Assembly (NCBI GenBank): GCA_963801355.1
Contig: CAWDEM010000004.1
Location: 1,152,001 to 1,216,000, forward strand
DNA length: 64,000 nt
DNA from: Ignavibacteriota bacterium
GTDB lineage: Bacteria > Bacteroidota > Ignavibacteria > UBA10030 > UBA6906
Direction of reading: 5' to 3'
Below, piece by piece: positions 39,953 to 50,694 of this stretch (its first letter is position 1; each line of letters begins with the position of its first letter). Below the pieces are notes generated by a model that did no database searches, had not been told where the DNA came from, and worked only from the letters and a program-made list of their open reading frames with translations. Made by a program: the position numbers and the translations under genes.

Positions 39953-40909
39953 TTACGTCCGTCGTCTCTGCCGCCATCTGTCGATTGCCACCGCGAGCAC
40001 GATGATGCAGCCGGTGACCATCTCCTGGACCCAGTTCGGCAGTCCCATCTGGGCGCAGCCTGACCGGATGACCGTCATGATCAATGCACCGACGATGGAG
40101 CCGAGGATGGATCCCTCTCCGCCGGAGAGGCTTCCTCCTCCGATGACGACCGCCGCGATCACGTCAAGTTCCACTCCCATGGCGACCGTGGGATCGCCGA
40201 CAGTAAGCCGGGAGAACTGGAAGACGCCCGCGACACCCGCGAAGGCGCCGCCGAGGGAGTAGACGATGACTTTGATGCGATCGACGTTGACGCCGCAGAG
40301 GCGGGCGGTCTGTTCGTTCGAGCCGACGGCGAAGATATGGCGGCCGAGGCGGGTATAGATGAGCATGCCGGCGACCAGAAGGGCGAGGAATGCCGTGAGC
40401 CAGACCCCCCACGGCACGATGCGCCATCCTTCACCGGGGGGCAGGGCGGCGAGCAATTCCATCAGCCATGTGAGGGGGGCGTCGATTTTTTGCTCGTGGG
40501 CAAAGCCTTTGGCCGCCCCGCGCACAACGAGATAGGTGCCGAGGGTGACGATGAAGGGAACCACCTTGAGACGGGTGATGAGAAATCCGTTGATGAATCC
40601 GCACAGCGCTCCGATCGCAATTCCGCCGAGCGCTGCGAAAAGCGGATCGACGCCGGCCTGCAACAATGCGGCAATGACCACAGTGACCAGAGCGATCATG
40701 GACCCGACAGAGAGATCGATGCCGCCCGAAATGATGATGAGGGTCATCCCGAGGGCGGCGGAACCGACGATGGTGGTCTGCCGCGCGATTGTTTCCAGGT
40801 TGTTGGACGAAGAGAAGCTCCCGGGGCCGATTGCCGCGAAGAGCAGGAAAATGCCGATGAGGCCCGCGATCGGACCGAGCGTGTGTGAAAGACGGGCAAG
40901 GGATTTCAT
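39953..40909 (-). CDS. Sugar ABC transporter permease
   Basis: [48 protein letters not shown]. Confidence 0.92.
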   Translation of the reverse strand: MKSLARLSHTLGPIAGLIGIFLLFAAIGPGSFSSSNNLETIARQTTIVGSAALGMTLIIISGGIDLSVGSMIALVTVVIAALLQAGVDPLFAALGGIAIGALCGFINGFLITRLKVVPFIVTLGTYLVVRGAAKGFAHEQKIDAPLTWLMELLAALPPGEGWRIVPWGVWLTAFLALLVAGMLIYTRLGRHIFAVGSNEQTARLCGVNVDRIKVIVYSLGGAFAGVAGVFQFSRLTVGDPTVAMGVELDVIAAVVIGGGSLSGGEGSILGSIVGALIMTVIRSGCAQMGLPNWVQEMVTGCIIVLAVAIDRWRQRRRT

Positions 40910-42445
40910 GATGCGCCCGCCTGTCCGGTAGCTTCAAGCATCAACATATGTTCTGTGCATTGGTGAACGGGATGGGCGGGGCCGAGCTTTCCCCTGTGCA
41001 TGATGGCAATCCTGTCACAGATGCCCAGCAGCTCGGGCAGATAGCTGCTGATCATCAGGATGCCCTTCGGTGGAACATCCTGCGACGGGTCACCCGCAGC
41101 GAGACGATCGATGATTTCGTACAGCTGTGCTTTGCTGGCCACATCGATGCCGCGCGTGGGTTCGTCGAGCAGGAGGATGTCCACGTCTTCGTGCAACAAC
41201 CGGGCAAGGGCGACTTTTTGTTGATTCCCTCCCGACAGAGCGCCGACGAGCTGACGCGGACTGGTGCTGCGGATGCCTATTCTTTCTGTCCATACGTCTT
41301 GCCACGTCATTCAGCCGGGATGGCGACAGGAAGCCGAACCGGCCCGCATCCTTCCGGAGCGTCAACGTGATGTTGTCGGCCACGGTCATCGAGAGCGCGA
41401 GTCCCTCTGTCGAGCGGTCTTCACTCACCATGCCGGTACCCGCATCCCAGCGTACAGCAGGCGGCATCCATCCGCTGAGCGCTTTCATGCGCAGAGTGCC
41501 GCTGATGACGGGTGCCAGGCCGAACAGCGCCCGGACGAGCTCGGTGCGTCCGGCGCCCACGAGGCCTCCGATACCGAGGATTTCGCCACGCCGGAGGCTG
41601 AACGACACGTCGAGGGTCTTCGGAGGAGAATGCAACGACGAGACATCCACGAGGATTTCTCCCGGCGTCCGCTCGGTTCTCGGATACAGCTGGTCAATGC
41701 GCCTGCCGATCATGAGCCGGACGATGCCGTCCACGTTTTCCGTGTCCGTGCTTCCTTCTCCGGCCGTGCGGCCGTCACGCAGAACGGTGAAGCTATCCGC
41801 AATGCGCTTCACTTCCTCCAGAAAATGCGAAATGTAGACAATCGCATGGCCGCGATCGCGGAGTGACGAAATGACCTTGAACAGCCGCTCGATGTCGGCG
41901 AGCGTGAGGCTGCTTGTGGGCTCGTCAAGCACGAGGACCCGGCAGCCGACGGCCAGGGCGCGGGCGATCTCAACGATCTGCCGCGTGGCTATGGGGAGCG
42001 TGCCGACACGCACGGTGGGATCGAGAGTGCCGTGTCCGAGCTGTTCCAGCGCGGCCAATGTCCGGGTTCGTATTTCCTGCAGGTGCCGCATACCCCACCG
42101 CACCGGCTCCATGCCGAGCATCACGTTGTCTTCCACGGAGAGATGGGGGGCGAGCGAGAGTTCCTGATAGATCATTGCCACCCCTGAATGCCGGGCGTCC
42201 TCCGTCGATCGGGGGGCAAATGGTCTTCCGTCGAGCTCCATGGATCCAGCGTCGGGATGCAACGCACCCGAGAGGATCTTCATCAAGGTGCTCTTCCCTG
42301 CCCCGTTTTCTCCGACCAGGGCATGGATCCGGCCCGGGAAGACATCGAAATCGACCCCGTCCAGCGCCGTCGTGGCCCCGAACTGCTTCCGGATGCCCCG
42401 CATGGCAAAGCGGGGGAGTGTCGCTGATGGTTCTACTGCAGCCAC
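40906..42445 (-). CDS. Sugar ABC transporter ATP-binding protein, one frameshift near 41295
   Basis: ORF 41090-42445 has GENGAGKST and LDEPT; ORF 40906-41310 continues with LSGGNQQK and LDEPTRGID. Confidence 0.88.
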
Positions 42446-43452
42446 TGGCTAAGATCCGGGGAGATCAATTGCTTGATCTCCGGCTGGTTCATATTTGCCG
42501 GCGTGACCAGCGTGACGCCGGTATCCACTTTGCGCTCGACTTTTTCTCCACGGATGTGCTTGACGACTGTTGTCACGCCGTCATAGCCCATGCGGAAGGG
42601 ATTCTGAAGCACCAGGGCATTGATGTGATTGTTCTGGAGCGCTTCCACGAGCTTTGTGGAGCTGTCGAACCCCACAAAGAAGACCTGTCCTGCACAGCCG
42701 GCATCCTGGAGGGCACGCAGCATCCCGAAAGTGGTCGATTCATTCACAGCAAAGATGCCGTCGATGGACAGCCTGCCGACGGAAACCTTCAGCGGTGCGA
42801 GGAGGTTTTCCGATGCCCTGTAGGCCGTTTCCACGGTTGGACCGCCGTATTGATTGGCACTCACGATTGTGATGTCGGGGTACTCCTTCATGGCATCAAG
42901 AAATCCGCGCTCACGGTTGTCCGTACTCGCAGATCCCTCCATGCAGCGCAGCATGATGACCCTGCCCTTGTTGCCGCACAGCCGTGCAAGTTCACGGCCG
43001 CCCATGACGCCTCCCAGGTGATTGTCGGTGGCCACGAAGCTCACGTAGTCGTCGCTTTTCAGATCGGAGTCGATGATGACGACCGGTATGCCGGCGCTGG
43101 TGGCATTTGCGACAGGGGCACGCAGGGCGATATCATCGAGGGGGGCAAGCACCATGCCTGCGACGCCGCGGCTGATGAAATCTTCCACCACGGAAATCTG
43201 CTGATCACGGTCATCCTCCCGTAACGGCCCTTTCCAGATGATGTCCACGTTGAGTTCGCGCGACGCCTTGATTGCTCCGGCGTGGATCGATTTCCAGAAT
43301 TCATGCGTCGTGCCTTTGGGAATGACCGCGATGGTGGTCTGTTTTGTCGTTCCCTGTTTCCCGCAGGAGAGGGATGACAATGCCATCAGGAGGGCGAGGC
43401 CGAGGGCGAGACCGGGAACAGGACCGGGACCAGGACGGAGAATGCTCTTCAT
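42433..43452 (-). CDS. Sugar ABC substrate-binding lipoprotein
   Basis: Lipobox-like SLSC; IAVIPKGTTHEFWKSIHAGA, VATDN, VGFDSS, QNPFRMGY. Confidence 0.92.
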   Translation of the reverse strand: MKSILRPGPGPVPGLALGLALLMALSSLSCGKQGTTKQTTIAVIPKGTTHEFWKSIHAGAIKASRELNVDIIWKGPLREDDRDQQISVVEDFISRGVAGMVLAPLDDIALRAPVANATSAGIPVVIIDSDLKSDDYVSFVATDNHLGGVMGGRELARLCGNKGRVIMLRCMEGSASTDNRERGFLDAMKEYPDITIVSANQYGGPTVETAYRASENLLAPLKVSVGRLSIDGIFAVNESTTFGMLRALQDAGCAGQVFFVGFDSSTKLVEALQNNHINALVLQNPFRMGYDGVTTVVKHIRGEKVERKVDTGVTLVTPANMNQPEIKQLISPDLSQWLQ

Positions 43453-43498
43453 GGAAATCCTTTCGGAGAAAATCATGCGACGGAGAATAGCCGCTTGC

Positions 43499-43954
43499 TC
43501 AACCGTTCATGAGATACGTGACCACTGCGGCCACATACGCGGCAAGGCCGATGACCAACAACGCCAGCTCCACAAAATAGAGTTTGGTCTTCCCATTGCG
43601 GTAGCGGATGATCCGGGAAATTGTGAGTTCGGGTGTCTCCTCGTCGAACTGTGTCGTCCACCGGATACGCAAACCACCGAGGAGAAGGATGATCATGCCG
43701 GCGAGGACAAAGACGATGCCGAACGCCAGACTGTAGCGCGCGAAGTCGTTCGTCTGTGCGATTTTCGGCCCTGAAAATCCCGTGATGGTGAGGACCAGGG
43801 TGGAGAGTGTCAGCAAGAGTTGTGATCGACCCTGGATCACATCGAAATGGTGCCGGAGGAACTCCATAGATCTGCCGAGGCTCTCCGGTCCGCCCATCAT
43901 GGCCAGAATGTTGCGTGCCTCTTCATCGGGTGTGAGCGGACGGTATCGCTTCAT
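43499..43954 (-). CDS. Hypothetical three-TM membrane protein
   Basis: 151 aa with three hydrophobic segments; ATGA overlap with the GH47 stop. Confidence 0.7.
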   Translation of the reverse strand: MKRYRPLTPDEEARNILAMMGGPESLGRSMEFLRHHFDVIQGRSQLLLTLSTLVLTITGFSGPKIAQTNDFARYSLAFGIVFVLAGMIILLLGGLRIRWTTQFDEETPELTISRIIRYRNGKTKLYFVELALLVIGLAAYVAAVVTYLMNG

Positions 43955-45318
43955 GGTTTCCAGGTCCTGCGAATTGGGTGCGCTTCGGTGTTGAAAATCA
44001 CGTTGTCGAAGTCCAGTGTCTCCGGCGGTGCAAACAGCAGATAGAGATACTTGAGCGTTTCGGCGAGGAAGTAGCTCTCCATCCTGTCGGATTTCTCCTT
44101 GGTCACGACGTTCTTGATCTCCGCGTAGCCGCCCTCCACGCGACAGTAGGTCTTCAAACTGTCCAGAAAGACCTTGCCCATTTCGAGGTAGCGCACATCT
44201 CCGGTTTTCCGGAACAAGGTATATGCCGACTCCATGATTTCGGGATTCAGAAAGAAACGCGGGGCCACGGCTTCGTCTTTGATGTAATCAAACTGTTCCG
44301 GCTCGAGACCATGCCTGTTCCACATATGGAAACATGATTCCTGGAGTTCCGCCGCCCGGCGTGTTTCGCCCGCAAGCGCCAGGACGGCGGGGAAAAACGC
44401 ATCGAGTGCGCCGAACCAGGTTTTCGTGCGTTTGCCGGTGTTCATGTCCGCATGACCGTACCACACGCCTGATGCCGTGGAGTCCACGAGATACCTGGTG
44501 AGCACGCTGTCGGACATTTTCCACATCACTTTGCAGTTTTCATCATTGAACAGGAGCGCGCACTTCACCATATATTCATAGTAGGAGTCAATGCACGCAG
44601 TGATGTGGCTGTCGGTTTTCAACCATTCGCCTGTCTCGCAATCGATCTGCTCGCCGACAAGACCAAGTTCGGACCGGGCCTCGAACACGTTGATAAACGC
44701 ATGCTTTGCATAGTGGTAGTATTTCATGTCACCGGTCAGCATGCTGAGTGTGCCAAACTCGACCAGCAGTGTGCCTACTTCGCCGGGATTCGTTTTCGTT
44801 CCGCGCACATCCCCGGTCCTCAGATTCACCTCCACATAGGGAAGTCCTGTCGGGGAAACAAATGCGGGGATGAGGCGATCGCCAAGATCCTTGGCCAGCA
44901 TGAGCAGCCGGCTGTCGCCCGTGAGCTGGTAATTGGAGAGCAGCCCTCCCAGCATGCGTATGTTGATTTCGAACACCTTGACGTAGATGTCATGGTCAAA
45001 TGTGAGATTGCGGACAATGAATTCGCGCGTGCTGTCGGCTTCGTCCTTCAACCCCATAAGGAACATGGTATCCATCGCATCCAGAGGTGTCAGATAGAGA
45101 GGAGCGGTATACCAGTCATAGGGTGTCTTGCTGAGGGGTCGAAGTCCGTCATGACCCCAGGCATATGTCTTGTAGGAATTCCACGCATGCAGGAATTCAC
45201 TCTTGACCTCTGCGGCGAGGGCCGCTCTGTCGACCGGACCGGGTTGTGCGGAAGTGGAGGAACACACAAGGGTGAGCAGAAATACACATATCCAAAGTAC
45301 CGCGACGAGGTGGCGCAT
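43951..45318 (-). CDS. GH47 alpha-1,2-mannosidase
   Basis: FLHAWNSYKTYAWGHD.LRPLS, VFEINIRMLGGLLS, DSYYEY, NPEIMES, DRMESYFLAETLKYLYLLF, FNTEAHP. Confidence 0.95.
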   Translation of the reverse strand: MRHLVAVLWICVFLLTLVCSSTSAQPGPVDRAALAAEVKSEFLHAWNSYKTYAWGHDGLRPLSKTPYDWYTAPLYLTPLDAMDTMFLMGLKDEADSTREFIVRNLTFDHDIYVKVFEINIRMLGGLLSNYQLTGDSRLLMLAKDLGDRLIPAFVSPTGLPYVEVNLRTGDVRGTKTNPGEVGTLLVEFGTLSMLTGDMKYYHYAKHAFINVFEARSELGLVGEQIDCETGEWLKTDSHITACIDSYYEYMVKCALLFNDENCKVMWKMSDSVLTRYLVDSTASGVWYGHADMNTGKRTKTWFGALDAFFPAVLALAGETRRAAELQESCFHMWNRHGLEPEQFDYIKDEAVAPRFFLNPEIMESAYTLFRKTGDVRYLEMGKVFLDSLKTYCRVEGGYAEIKNVVTKEKSDRMESYFLAETLKYLYLLFAPPETLDFDNVIFNTEAHPIRRTWKP

Positions 45319-45393
45319 GGGTTCTCCAGGTAGAGGACAATTGCTTATGAAAATATACGCAAAGAAAGTGACTCTCGAAATGGATGAGCTGCA

Positions 45394-47988
45394 TCAGCCG
45401 GGACGTGTCAGCACGAGCCGGAAGCCTTTCTCCGATGCAAACCGGAGAATGTCGGGGGCATCTTTCCCCAGGCGCAGCACGTATCCTGCCTGCTTGAGCT
45501 GGCGGAGATGCAATTCCACCATCCCCTGTGCAGCTCCACCCGACATGGGGCTCACAACGATCGTGGCGCGTGATTCGTCGGGAGCAATATCGAGCCGGGC
45601 CGTGCATCGTCCGAAGAGCGTCGGAATGCCCCTGACCTCAAGATGCCTGCCCGCCCGGTACCATCGTGCCGGCACGCCGGCGAGAAGACACATCGTGCTG
45701 TCACGCTCGAGCACGATCAGACGCCGGACAAGCTGGATGAACAGGGCGCTCGCCGTGGCATTGGACCCGTCTCCCGTTGTTCTCGTGCCCAACTCGCGCG
45801 GGAGCTGTTCTTCGACCCAGGTCCACGCAGGGGACGCATGATTGGCAACCGCGTACAGAAGTGCCACAGCGTCGTCGTTCTCCTCTTCAGAGAGGTGAGC
45901 AATGGCCTCCAGGGTTCCGAAGAACGGCCAGAGGCCATTGGACAGCCAACCGGTGTTGGGAGGGAGGCCCTCAAGGGTTTCAGCCCGGAGCATGTGCAAT
46001 GTACCGAGGACAAGCGTGTCACCGGGCGCAAAAAAGTGTCCGATGCCTTGCGCATCAAGCATCCCCCAGTTTGCCCGTTGAGGTGGAGTGGTTGATGAAG
46101 TATCGCCGACTTTCATCGGGAGATAGAGATTGCCGAACCGGTCGGTGCGTTGGTCGCGTGTTGCGGTCTTGCGGAACGCCATGAGAAGCTCTCTGGCATA
46201 CTCATTCCAGCGCACTGCATCGTCATTGTGGCCGAGCCAGTGCGCTGCCTGTACCGCTGACGAGAGGCCGACAAGTCCCCAGTACACGCTCCCGTATTCC
46301 GGTTCGAGTCCGGCCAGTCCGCCGTCTGCAAAACCAGGAGGAAAGAGTCCGTATGATACGTCACCCGGATTCTTCAACGTCGTACTCCGGAGATTCCACA
46401 GCCACCGCACGCCGCTTTGCACCCCCGGCCATCGCCGTTCGAGCCACGGTTTGTCGTTGGCGAGGCGCGCATAAGTGTGCATGAGAAACAGCACAAGCGG
46501 TGTTTCCCGGTTCATCGGGTACGGTGCCATGACCTCGATCCGGCCGTCGCGTTGCTGATACGTGAGGATGCCTTCGACGCATGCACGCACTGCTGATGCA
46601 TCGCCAAGCATGAGGGCGGCCAGGTTATGCCACACCGCGTCATGAACCCAGAGTCCGCGATAGACGCTGGGACCCGGCTGAAACTGCATCCGACCGTTTA
46701 CCGTATCCGCGATCGCATAGAGATTGCGGATATTTGCATCGAGCAACGCTTGCAGCGCACTGTCGGGCAGGAGGATGCGGTCATAGGGGAGACCATTTTG
46801 CTGTTGCCAGAACAGGCGCGCAATCTCCAGTGCCGCATGAACGGATGCAGCGGTGACATCTTCAACGCGCTCGGTCGCGCCGTGCGACACGATTGCGGCT
46901 GCTTCGGTGGTGCCCCTGGGAAATTCGAGAATCAACGCATCGGCTGTGCGTTGTGCCGCCACGGCCGCGGGAACGGTGCGGACATAGGGATGCCCGAGCG
47001 TAAGCACCGAACCCGTGACGTCGTCAAATTCCAGCGGTCGTCGTGTGCGGATGATGAGTGTCGGGACAACCGTGTCGCCCGGAAATGTACCGAGCAGGGC
47101 GTCCTCACGCAGTACCTCGGATTGAGCGTCGCGCTCCGTGCCGCACCGCCAGTAAAGCTCAGCACTGTCCGTCAGGCCCCCACGGATGACTGCATCGTCG
47201 TCGACAGCCGTATCGTTGGCGAACATCCAGATGGCATTCAGGATCACGTTCGGGTCAGGACTGGACATCGACGCATGGACTTCGATGTCCAGCCATCCGT
47301 TGTTGTCAACGTCGCATGCGGCGAACCGATACACGTACGGAATATTAGTTTTGCCGTCGCGCACCGGGTCGGCGATTGCATCACCGCTCCCTTCGACGCG
47401 GAAGACAAGTGTTCGTAGGCCGGGCTGAGTCTTGTAGGGTTCGCAGAGACCGAGGATAACCAGGTGCGAGCTCCCGGGATCGACCCGGGCACGGTATTTC
47501 AGTGGTCTGTTGACCCCCCATGCGGCCCCGCGGAAGGCCGGATCTGCATACTCCGGGGGAGAGGCCCACGACGAACAACCGGCAAGTCCATCCAGCCGCT
47601 CGAGTCTTCCGCCAAGAAACACGCGTTGGGGAATCCTGGGACCCGTCGGTACGACTGCGAAAATCTTCTGGTGTACGGTGAGGTCGTCATCGCTCAGGAC
47701 CGCGCTCGCAATCGGCACCCGGGGACCCTCGAGGAACACAGTGTCAGGTCGGAGCTGACGGCCCTGCACGCCGAACGTGATCTCCGAGAGTGGACGGGCG
47801 TACGGGCCGGGCGCAAAGTCATCTCCGAGCGTTCCCTGGCTCGTGACCACGCTCTTGTGCCAATCTCCCGGAAAACATATTGCCGTGAACCAGGAGGCAG
47901 GTGCATAGCGGAAATCGATTTCGCGTGATTGTCCCCTCAGAGGCGTCCCCGCGAGCACAAGGAGACTCAAGAGCATTATCCGTCGCAT
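45394..47988 (-). CDS. Secreted unclassified six-hairpin-glycosidase-like protein (paralog A)
   Basis: Signal peptide; beta-rich N-terminal half with a malectin-like segment; QPGPSVYRGLWVHDA, GLFPPGFADGG, TWVEEQ, GDGSNA, LLAGVPARW. Confidence 0.6.
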   Translation of the reverse strand: MRRIMLLSLLVLAGTPLRGQSREIDFRYAPASWFTAICFPGDWHKSVVTSQGTLGDDFAPGPYARPLSEITFGVQGRQLRPDTVFLEGPRVPIASAVLSDDDLTVHQKIFAVVPTGPRIPQRVFLGGRLERLDGLAGCSSWASPPEYADPAFRGAAWGVNRPLKYRARVDPGSSHLVILGLCEPYKTQPGLRTLVFRVEGSGDAIADPVRDGKTNIPYVYRFAACDVDNNGWLDIEVHASMSSPDPNVILNAIWMFANDTAVDDDAVIRGGLTDSAELYWRCGTERDAQSEVLREDALLGTFPGDTVVPTLIIRTRRPLEFDDVTGSVLTLGHPYVRTVPAAVAAQRTADALILEFPRGTTEAAAIVSHGATERVEDVTAASVHAALEIARLFWQQQNGLPYDRILLPDSALQALLDANIRNLYAIADTVNGRMQFQPGPSVYRGLWVHDAVWHNLAALMLGDASAVRACVEGILTYQQRDGRIEVMAPYPMNRETPLVLFLMHTYARLANDKPWLERRWPGVQSGVRWLWNLRSTTLKNPGDVSYGLFPPGFADGGLAGLEPEYGSVYWGLVGLSSAVQAAHWLGHNDDAVRWNEYARELLMAFRKTATRDQRTDRFGNLYLPMKVGDTSSTTPPQRANWGMLDAQGIGHFFAPGDTLVLGTLHMLRAETLEGLPPNTGWLSNGLWPFFGTLEAIAHLSEEENDDAVALLYAVANHASPAWTWVEEQLPRELGTRTTGDGSNATASALFIQLVRRLIVLERDSTMCLLAGVPARWYRAGRHLEVRGIPTLFGRCTARLDIAPDESRATIVVSPMSGGAAQGMVELHLRQLKQAGYVLRLGKDAPDILRFASEKGFRLVLTRPG

Positions 47989-47992
47989 CTGT

Positions 47993-50619
47993 TCACCGTC
48001 GGTTCAGTGTACGTTGATACGTTGACCCCCAGGGCAGATCGACTGCAGGCGGTAGCCTAGCCCCATCGGCAGAGTGAAAGCCGGCACGAATGAGCGGGGC
48101 AAGATCAAGTGTTATTCTTCCGCCTTGCCCGTGAGCTCGTGTTGTCCGGATGTCAAGCGTCAGACCGGTCCCATCGGATGACACTTCCAGAACCAGGGAA
48201 ACCGGACCCCGGCGGGTCAGCAGACCATCCACCGAAACCACGGATCCCGGCCGCAGCCAGGAATCGGGGATGCCTGCGCAAAGAATGACTCTCTCGGAGC
48301 GTTCCAGCACGAGCAACGAGCCGAGCGCCTGCACGAACAGGGCGGATGCCTCGGCATTTGACCCATCCCCCGTCGTCCGTGTCCCCCGGTGCGCAACTGC
48401 TGCTCTTCCATCCATGTCGCCAGTGGGCATGCATGATCGGCAACCGCAGAGAGGATGTTCCACGCCTGGGTGCTGTTGCCGGCAAGAAGGTGCGCCGTGG
48501 AGTGCACGTTGCCCAGCCATGGCCACACTCCGTCATGCAGCCATCCGCTGCCCAAGATCAAACCTTCCGCACTATGCGCGTCGAGCATGGCCAGGTTGCC
48601 CCTGAGAATCGTTTGCATGAGTGTGTCGGGGGCGAAGAAGAAGTTGCCGTAAGGAAGGGGAAGGAGGAAAGCATACTGTCCGCGCTGGGGCGGAATAGTC
48701 CGGTCTGTTTCCGCCACGGTGATAGGAAGGTATCGATGGCCGAGCGAATCCTCCCGCATGTCCCGGCCGGCGGCCGTGCGGAATGACGTTGTGAACCCCT
48801 CGAGGAGACCACTCCATTGGTCCGCTTCGCTCTCCCTGCCGATATCCCGCGCCGCCTGGATGGCATGTTCCAGCGCGACCATTGCCCACCAGAGCGAACC
48901 GTAGTCGGCGGCCCGGTGCGAAATGCCGCCGTCAACGAATCCCGGCGGAAGCAGACCGGCGTAGGCGGCTCCGGGTTCATCCAGCGTCCGCATCCGCGCC
49001 GATGCAATCCAGCGCACGCCCTGTTGGAGAATCGGCCAGTTGTGTGTGAGCCACCCCGGGTTATCTGCCGTGCGGGCATAACGGCACATCATGGTGAGGA
49101 ATACCGGTGTTTCATTGAGCGCCTCCGAGGGGTAGAGGCTGCGGAACTGGCCCGTCGGCAACTGGCTCCGGAATCCGGCTTCGAGTGCTGACCGCACGGA
49201 AGCGGTGTCGCCGAACGTCAGGGATGTGTTGCCGGAGACCAGGACATCGGCGAGCCACAACCCGCGGTACACCGTCGGGCCCGGCTGATACTGGAGAAAA
49301 CCGTCCACCTTCTCCCGAACCTGGTAGATATTGCGCACCGAGGCATCCAGGAGGTACTGCATGCGCGCATCGGGTACGCGGATACGCATGCGGGGGACGG
49401 GCGCCTCGTGCTGCCAGTATGCGTTGCAGCGTTCTTCTTCATCGCGGAGGTCAGGTACATGCACGCGGGTGTCTGTGCCGACCGAGCCGTGCATCACGAC
49501 GATCTCCGCGCGGCGCGATCCGCGAGGGAGGAAGAGCAGCAGCGTGTCGCCATGCCAGGATGCGGAATCCGCTTCCGGCCGGCTGGCAAGGAACGGCCGG
49601 CCTTGCCACCGGACCCGGTGCGTCGCCGCATCAAAGACCAGCGGCCGGCGCGTTCTGATCCGGATGACCGGGGTGACATTTCTTCCCTCGAACGTGGCAA
49701 GGAGTGCGTCGGTCCGCATGCCCGTGACGAGTTCCGTGAGTTCCGTCCCGCAGCTCCAATGCATTTGCGCGTGTGCGGAGGCCCTGCCATTCACCAGATC
49801 GCCGGGCGTCACCTGGGCGTCCGCGGGAAATACCCAGAACGTGTTAAGAATGATGTTGGGATCCGGCGAGCGCGGTGATGGATGAACGGTGATCGTCAAG
49901 ACACCATCGTAGTTCACGTCATGGCCGGCAGTCAGGAGCACGACCGGCTGATTTCGCTTTCCGCCGGCCATCGGGTCTACGTCGCGCAGTGTATCGCCCT
50001 CGACCTCGGCGGTCATGATTCGTGCACCGGCTGTAGACTTGTACGATTCGCAGAAACCCAGCGCAATGAGCCTGCGGCTTCCCGGCTCAACGCGCACTGA
50101 ATACCGGAGAGGTCTGTTTGTGCCCCAGGCGACATTTGCAAACGAAGGGTCTGTGCCGGCCGGTGGGGTGGCCCATCCGTAAGCGCCGTTGAGGCCTCCT
50201 GTTCGCATCACCCGCGCGTCGCTGCGTGGGGTATGGGCGGCTGTTGTCTCACGCGGGATCAGTGTGAATGCATGTACGATGCACACTGCTGTTTCCGTGG
50301 AGAGACGTGTCGCGACAATCGGCACAGAAGCATCGGGAAGCCACTGGCGTATCGCGGGACGGTTGCCCTCCAGCGTGCCGACTAGAACTTCCGTCAGCGG
50401 GAATGCGTACGGACCCGGGCCGAAATCATACGCGAGCGAACCTGTCTCGGTGACAAGAGGTTTGTGCCAATCGTCAACGAGGCCGATGGCTGCGAGGTGA
50501 CGTGCGGGGGCGAAGGGAAACCAGGTAGAGTCCGCCGGTTGAGAGAACAACGGCGGAAAAGTACCGGAAAGAGCAGCGATGAGAAGTATGGTGCGTAGCG
50601 GCATGATGATATGGTTCAT
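47993..50619 (-). CDS. Secreted unclassified six-hairpin-glycosidase-like protein (paralog B), frameshift in the homopolymer at 48383-48387
   Basis: Collinear with paralog A (QPGPTVYRGLWLADV, GLLPPGFVDGG, TWMEEQ). Adding one base to the run joins ORF 48217-50667 to ORF 47993-48526 and restores GTRTTGDGSNA. Confidence 0.6.
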
Positions 50620-50694
50620 CGTTCGCGGGTGTGACCTGTATCCGGAGATGAAGGAAGCGTCAGCCACATCCGCAGTGCAGCGCGTCCGGCTATT

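Noticed and set aside
41280-41310. Programmed ribosomal frameshift in the ABC ATPase and other broken genes
   Set aside because: No slippery heptamer was seen at the junction, these families are not known to use frameshifting, and the many scattered breaks favour sequence error.
43390-43440. Short repeats encoding PGPGPVPGLALGLAL
   Set aside because: Low-complexity lipoprotein signal sequence with no sign of a separate element.
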